From assembly GCF_001194135.2 (NCBI RefSeq), contig NC_068982.1:91789114-91828679 (forward strand): a stretch of DNA of 39,566 bases, given 5' to 3'. Positions 34,160 through 39,566 of this stretch are shown here, in pieces. The position numbers and the translations under genes are program-made. Source of the stretch: Octopus bimaculoides (lineage: Eukaryota). The notes beneath the pieces are model-generated. The model made no database searches. It was not told the origin of the DNA and worked only from the letters and a program-made list of their open reading frames with translations. Within the stretch, counting starts at the first letter, position 1, and each line of letters opens with the position of its first letter.

Positions 34160-37155
34160 TTTTTTTCGGAAGTCCTGCAGCGATGGGAAGGTGGTGAAGC
34201 ATGCAGACCTGACGGGTTGGAAGCATGTAGTCAGCGACCTGCACGTAGGCGGCCCATGCTTGATATAAAGTCGTCTCTTTGTCGCCCAAGACAGCGGTAG
34301 GATTCGGTTGCTGCATGGGTGTCTGAGCAGCTCCATTTGGAGAGGGCACTGCTCACCCGGAGACCGGGGATGTTCTAGAAAAGGTGAACCAAAAGTTGCC
34401 TGTCTTTCCATATTTGGTCAGTTTAGCGCGACTGATGGATGTCCATCCTGCGCTCGAAAAACAAAGAGTCTTTTATTTATAAAATCTGGACGGAACTTAA
34501 ACATTTCATGTTGGAATGTTCGCATTCTGTTGGACAACAAGAGTGATTGTAAGCCTGAAAGACGCACTGCACTTGTTGCTCGTGAGCTGAACCGTTATAA
34601 AATTGATATAACTGCACTCTCAGAGACTCGTATAGAAGGTGATGGTCAGCTTGAGGAAGTAGGAGATGGATACACCTTTTTTTGGAATGGAAGGCAGAAG
34701 GAGGAGCGCAGAGAGGCTGGTGTTGGTTTTGCAGTCCGATCTGATATCCTTAAGAAGTTGGAAGAGCTCCCTGTTCCTATAAATGAACGTATAATGACGC
34801 TACGGTTGCACTTGAAAGGTAAGCGATTTGTTACTCTAATAAGTGTCTATGCACCTACTTTGACTAGCTGTGATGAAGATAAAACAATCTTTTATACCCA
34901 GCTGAGAGCCATACTTAGAAAAATCTCCAATTCTGATAAAGTCATTCTACTGGGGGACTCTAATGCCAGGGTTGGAACAGACTGGCAAACATGGAACTCT
35001 CTAGGACGTTTTGGAGTAGGGAAAAAGGAATAGCAATGGTCTCATGCTACTGGAGCTTTGCAAAGAACGTGTACTTTACATCGCAAGCACTCATTTTGTG
35101 CACAAAGGTGATAACACAACAATATAGATGCATCCAAGGTTCAAAGTTTGGCACTTGCTGGATTATGTCATCATCCGCAAGCGCGACATTTATGACATTT
35201 GTAATGTCAAGTCCTTGCATGGATCAGAATGCTGGACAGACCACAGTCTGGTGCAAGCAAAGTTCCGAATGGTGATTAGGGTGAAAGAGAGAAGAAGACT
35301 AGTCAGCATTCCTCACCGTCTAAATGTCCACAAGGTATATGATGTTGTGGTTAGGAAAGAACTTCAGACTCGCTTGTCCAGCATTGAAACTGTTGCAGCA
35401 TGGGAGGATTTTCGAGACCAGGTTGTTCAATGTGCAGCCGAAACACTGGGGTATGTTACTGCCAGATACAGTGATTGGTTTGATGAGAATGATGCTGAAG
35501 TTCAGCGACTATTATAGGTAAAGTGCCATGCCCACAGTGTATTGCTACACAGAGAACTGTCTACTGTGCAGCAAAGTCTAGCACTTGCCCACAATAACAG
35601 TGTAAAATCACTACTGCAGCGATCTCTCAGGAAGATGCAGAACACTTGGTGGGAGGATCTTGCTCGTGATGTTCAGGCTGCTGCTGATGCAAATGACAGC
35701 AAGGAGCTTTACCATCTTATGGAGTGAGCTTATGGATCTAAGAGCTCCACATCAGCTTCTTTGCTTTCCAAGGAGTCTTCCACTCTGTTTACTAAATCAA
35801 CAGAAATCACAGGTCGCTGGATCGAACACTTCTTTGAACTCCTAAACTATGAGTCAGTTGTGGATGAAACAGTGATTGATACTATGCAACAAAGACCTAT
35901 CATTGGCTCTTTAGACTCCTCGCCCTCAATAGATGAAGTAATGACATCAATAAGTAAATTGAATCTTGGAAGGGCACCTGGAAAGGATGGAATTTGTGCT
36001 GAGGTCTAGCGATTTGGTGGTAATTACATCACACAGTCCCTTCATGAACTTATTAGTGCAGTCTGGAGGGATGGTGCAATCCCTAAGGACTAGAAGGATG
36101 CAATTATTCTTCCTCTATATAAAGGAAAAGGAGCCAGAACAATGTGTGGTAACAACAGAGGTATTGCTCTATCAGCTGCTGGCAAGGTTCTTCGCTGATT
36201 TGCTGCCAATTCAAAGGTTCTCCAGCCTATTATTCGTGACCTCCTTTATGCAAATGACTGTGACTTAGTCACTCATACAGTGGATGACATGCAAATACTC
36301 ATGAATTGCATTTCTGCTTCTTGCAAGGCATTTGGATTTAGCATTAGCCTGGACAAGACTGTTGTAATGTTCCAGCCTGCACCAGGAAATTCATATATGG
36401 AACCAGCTATCTTGGTTGAAGGAACAATTCTGAAGGTAGTAGACAAGTTTGTCTACCTGAGCAGCACACTCAGCCGTTCTTGCTCCCNNNNNNNNNNNNN
36501 NNNNNNNNNNNNNNNNNNNNNNNNNNNNNNNNNNNNNNNNNNNNNNNNNNNNNNNNNNNNNNNNNNNNNNNNNNNNNNNNNNNNNNNNNNNNNNNNNNNN
36601 NNNNNNNNNNNNNNNNNNNNNNNNNNNNNNNNNNNNNNNNNNNNNNNNNNNNNNNNNNNNNNNNNNNNNNNNNNNNNNNNNNNNNNNNNNNNNNNNNNNN
36701 NNNNNNNNNNNNNNNNNNNNNNNNNNNNNNNNNNNNNNNNNNNNNNNNNNNGCTCTATGGAGAACTTGTGAATGGAAGGAGACTCCGGCAGAAACCAAGG
36801 CTGCGATTTAAGGACTGTGTCAAGTCCTCATTAAAGGCCTGTGATATGCAGGACACTGACTGGGAGAACAATGCCTGTCAGATGGAGGAAGCAGGTTAAG
36901 GAGGGGATCGACACTTTTGAGAGAGCACATATCCAGCATGAAGAACTTAAGCGAGCTGCGCGAAAGCGCACGGCTCGTATAGTGAATGGGGGAAAGCTTG
37001 GTCTGCAATGTTTGCAGTCATGTATGCTTGTCAAGAGCAGCGCTCATTAGCCACCAACGGAGCCGCAAATGCAAAATATAAGTTAGTCCTAGCGCGCACA
37101 ATGTTCCTGAAGGTCGGCAATGGCCTTTCTCGGTCACGAGTGGACGGCCATCACG
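34160..37155 (+). mobile_element. Near full-length RTE-clade LINE (BovB/RTE-1-like), decayed, RT internally deleted
   Basis: APE motifs CWNVR, ALSETR, ISVYAPT, ILLGDSNARVG, LLDYVII, WTDHSLV. RT APGKDGI, GKVL, LLYANDC. Late LYGEL...PRLRFKD and a C-terminal Zn-knuckle-like end. 3'UTR runs into (TATG)n. Confidence 0.9.
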
Positions 37156-37954
37156 TATGTATGTGTATGTATGTATGCATGTGTGTATGTATGTGTGTAT
37201 ATTTGTGTGTACGTATGTGTGTATGAATATATGTGTATGTGTGTATATGTGTATGTATGTATGCATGCATGTGCGTATGTATATGTGGATATGCGCGTAT
37301 ATATGTGTATCAGTGGATGTTTGTGTGTGTGCGTATATGTGTGTTTGTAAGTGCGCATGTTTGCGTTTATAGTTGTGTCGGGAATTCCCCGTATTCAGAA
37401 ATAGCTCATTTTCCTAGAAACTAGTTATTATTATCTGACCTAAATATATCAGTTATTTCCTGGTTATTGGCCTTTGTGTATAAAATTCAATCGTTGTATC
37501 ANNNNNNNNNNNNNNNNNNNNNNNNNNNNNNNNNNNNNNNNNNNNNNNNNNNNNNNNNNNNNNNNNNNNNNNNNNNNNNNNNNNNNNNNNNNNNNNNNNN
37601 NNNNNNNNNNNNNNNNNNNNNNNNNNNNNNNNNNNNNNNNNNNNNNNNNNNNNNNNNNNNNNNNNNNNNNNNNNNNNNNNNNNNNNNNNNNNNNNNNNNN
37701 NNNNNNNNNNNNNNNNNNNNNNNNNNNNNNNNNNNNNNNNNNNNNNNNNNNNNNNNNNNNNNNNNNNNNNNNNNNNNNNNNNNNNNNNNNNNNNNNNNNN
37801 NNNNNNNNNNNNNNNNNNNNNNNNNNNNTCAGTTATTTCCTGGTTATTGGCCTTTGTGTATAAAATTCAATCGTTGTATCATGTGTTTGTGGCGTGTATG
37901 TAACGTGTATGTGTGGTGCGCGCGCGTGTGCTTGCGTGCGTGCGTGCGTGTGTG

Positions 37955-38075
37955 TTGCTTCCCAACCATATTGTCATGGTTTCAGTCTCACTACATGAAA
38001 TCTTGGGCAAGTTTCCTCTATTATAGCCTTGGGCTGATTGATGCCTTGTGAATGGATTTGGTAGACGGAAACTGA
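37955..38075 (+). mobile_element. SINE family A, 5' half, diverged
   Basis: tcttgggcaagtttcctctattatagcc...ccttgtgaatggatttggtagacggaaactga is homologous to the reverse complement of 1-164. Confidence 0.75.
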
Positions 38076-39106
38076 CAACGCGTATCCATACTTCTATCTA
38101 TCTATCTATCTGTCTGTCTGTCTAATAATGGAGAAAGCTGCTTATTAATTACGTATGTAACAGTTACTAAAAGATAGCAATTATTAAAGGCTAGAATACC
38201 TGGAAATTTTTTTTATAAATTCGTGTTCCAAGAAACTTCCTGTAATTTCGATTCCTGAAGTTTATTGAATATTTCAACTGAGTTCTTCACAAATTTAAAT
38301 ATTCCTTGCATTCACTGTGGAGTAGATTTAATGAACAATATTAATTCGTTGCTTGCGAAATTTTCCGGTTTCATTTGCATTTACTTTCTCACCTCTATTT
38401 TCATTAATGATAATTTAATATACATTCATTTTAATGTTTGCATTTTAAGTTTCAATTCGCTATTTCTATAACCCACATTTTATTCTACATATGTAATGTA
38501 AAAAATAATTTATTGAATAAATAAATGCTATTACACAAAATAGCTGTATAACTTTGAGGTTTATTTTTGATAAAAGGAAATTTTTTTAATATACCGGTAT
38601 AATTTTATAATAAAATAATTAAAAAAAAGTTATTTTGTTGGTATGGCTGTTTGAAACGTTATAAGCCTTACAATAATAATTATGTCATCGCTCCTATTTC
38701 TAGTATACTAAACGTATAAATCACTGAAAGAAATATTTACTAACGATAAATTATTGAAGAAATATTTACTAAGCAACTGAGATTTTTTATAAATTAAAGT
38801 TTTCAGGAAAATTTACTGCATGAACTTCCTGTTATTATTGAATATTTCAAGTTCACAAATTTAAATATTCGGTACAAGATAGTTTTTAACGAACTTTTAT
38901 TTATAAGACCTGTTCATTTCATTCATTGTTTGCAACGTTCGTTCTTTCTCTCTCTCTCATACATACACAGTCTCTGTAATATAAACGCACACACACTCCA
39001 GTTACGACAAGCAGAAAACCGCTCGGAAAGCGGTCTTTCTGCTAGTATATGATAATCATACATACGTATGTATGTATGTGTGTGTGTATGTATGTATGTA
39101 TACATA

Positions 39107-39235
39107 CAGTAGTCCCCTGGTATTCGCGGGGGTTACGTTCCTAGAGCACCCAGGAATACTGAAAAACCACGAATACTGGACGTGGTCCATAAAAATGCCT
39201 ATAAAGGTCAAAATATCATAACGTAAAATATCATA
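39107..39235 (+). mobile_element. Tigger/pogo (MER44-like) MITE 5' end
   Basis: TA-CAGTAGTCCCCTGGTATTCGCGGGGGTTACGTTCC resembles CAGTAGTCCCCCCTTATCCGCGGGGGATACGTTCC termini as recalled. 3' end not found. Confidence 0.6.
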
Positions 39236-39251
39236 AATATACATATGTGCG

Positions 39252-39255
<4 letters not shown>

Positions 39256-39309
<54 letters not shown>

Positions 39310-39566
39310 TAATTAATTCGTTTTATTGGCCACAAGGGCTAATATCAATTAAAGACATATAAGGACAAAGACAGGACGAAGGTTACAAAATGTTTTGTCC
39401 GAAAAGGTAGGAAAGTTCGTCTAAACAGAGGAAGAAAACGGAGAAAGATATAATAAATAAATAGATAAATAAATAGATAAATAAATAAGTAGAACTCCCA
39501 AAGGGGGAGGCGCTTCGAAAAAGGAAAGGTTACACGTGGAAAAACCCATAAAACCACGGGAGCCTG
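39256..39566 (-). mobile_element. LINE 3' end (possibly Tx1/L1-like) with AATAAA and (TTA)n tail
   Basis: Minus strand ...ccttgtggccAATAAAacgaattaattattattatt... with a T-rich 3'UTR. Continues beyond the window. Confidence 0.45.

Larger units (their letters stand above)
4764..37828. other. Assembly gaps: 4764-4926, 16062-16120, 19080-19941, 22091-22864, 23628-23876, 25469-26394, 30963-31240, 32369-33329, 36488-36751, 37502-37828
   Basis: Runs of N, all inside repeats or beside microsatellites. Confidence 0.98.

Noticed and set aside
71-39244. Many CV/HT/YI/ER-repeat ORFs and long X-containing ORFs in the track
   Set aside because: Translations of dinucleotide or tetranucleotide microsatellites and N-gaps.

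Overview
Eukaryotic, AT-rich, transposon- and microsatellite-dense sequence from a gapped draft assembly (10 N-gaps). The SINE families and microsatellite load suggest a coleoid cephalopod, probably Octopus (inference). Only one convincing host gene is present: a single-coding-exon secreted prepropeptide (12981-13373, +) with a signal peptide, dibasic sites and a C-terminal FRY-G-stop amidation signal, best matching the lophotrochozoan neuropeptide KY (NKY) family. The rest is mostly decayed mobile DNA. DNA transposons: Tc1/mariner elements (DD37D maT, DD36E Incomer-like, mariner, Tigger/pogo ends), a Chapaev3-like element with CAC/GTG ends and a TAA TSD nested inside a Penelope-like element, and hAT-type and other MITEs. 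Retroelements: several Penelope-like fragments (Naiad-like and Neptune-like, one with a variant minimal hammerhead motif), R4/Dong-like, CR1-like, RTE and Tx1-like LINE remnants, and at least four tRNA-derived or LINE-tailed SINE families. No rRNA, true tRNA or CRISPR array was found. Most listed ORFs are microsatellite or N-gap artefacts. All family assignments come from motif recognition by eye; no database search was run.
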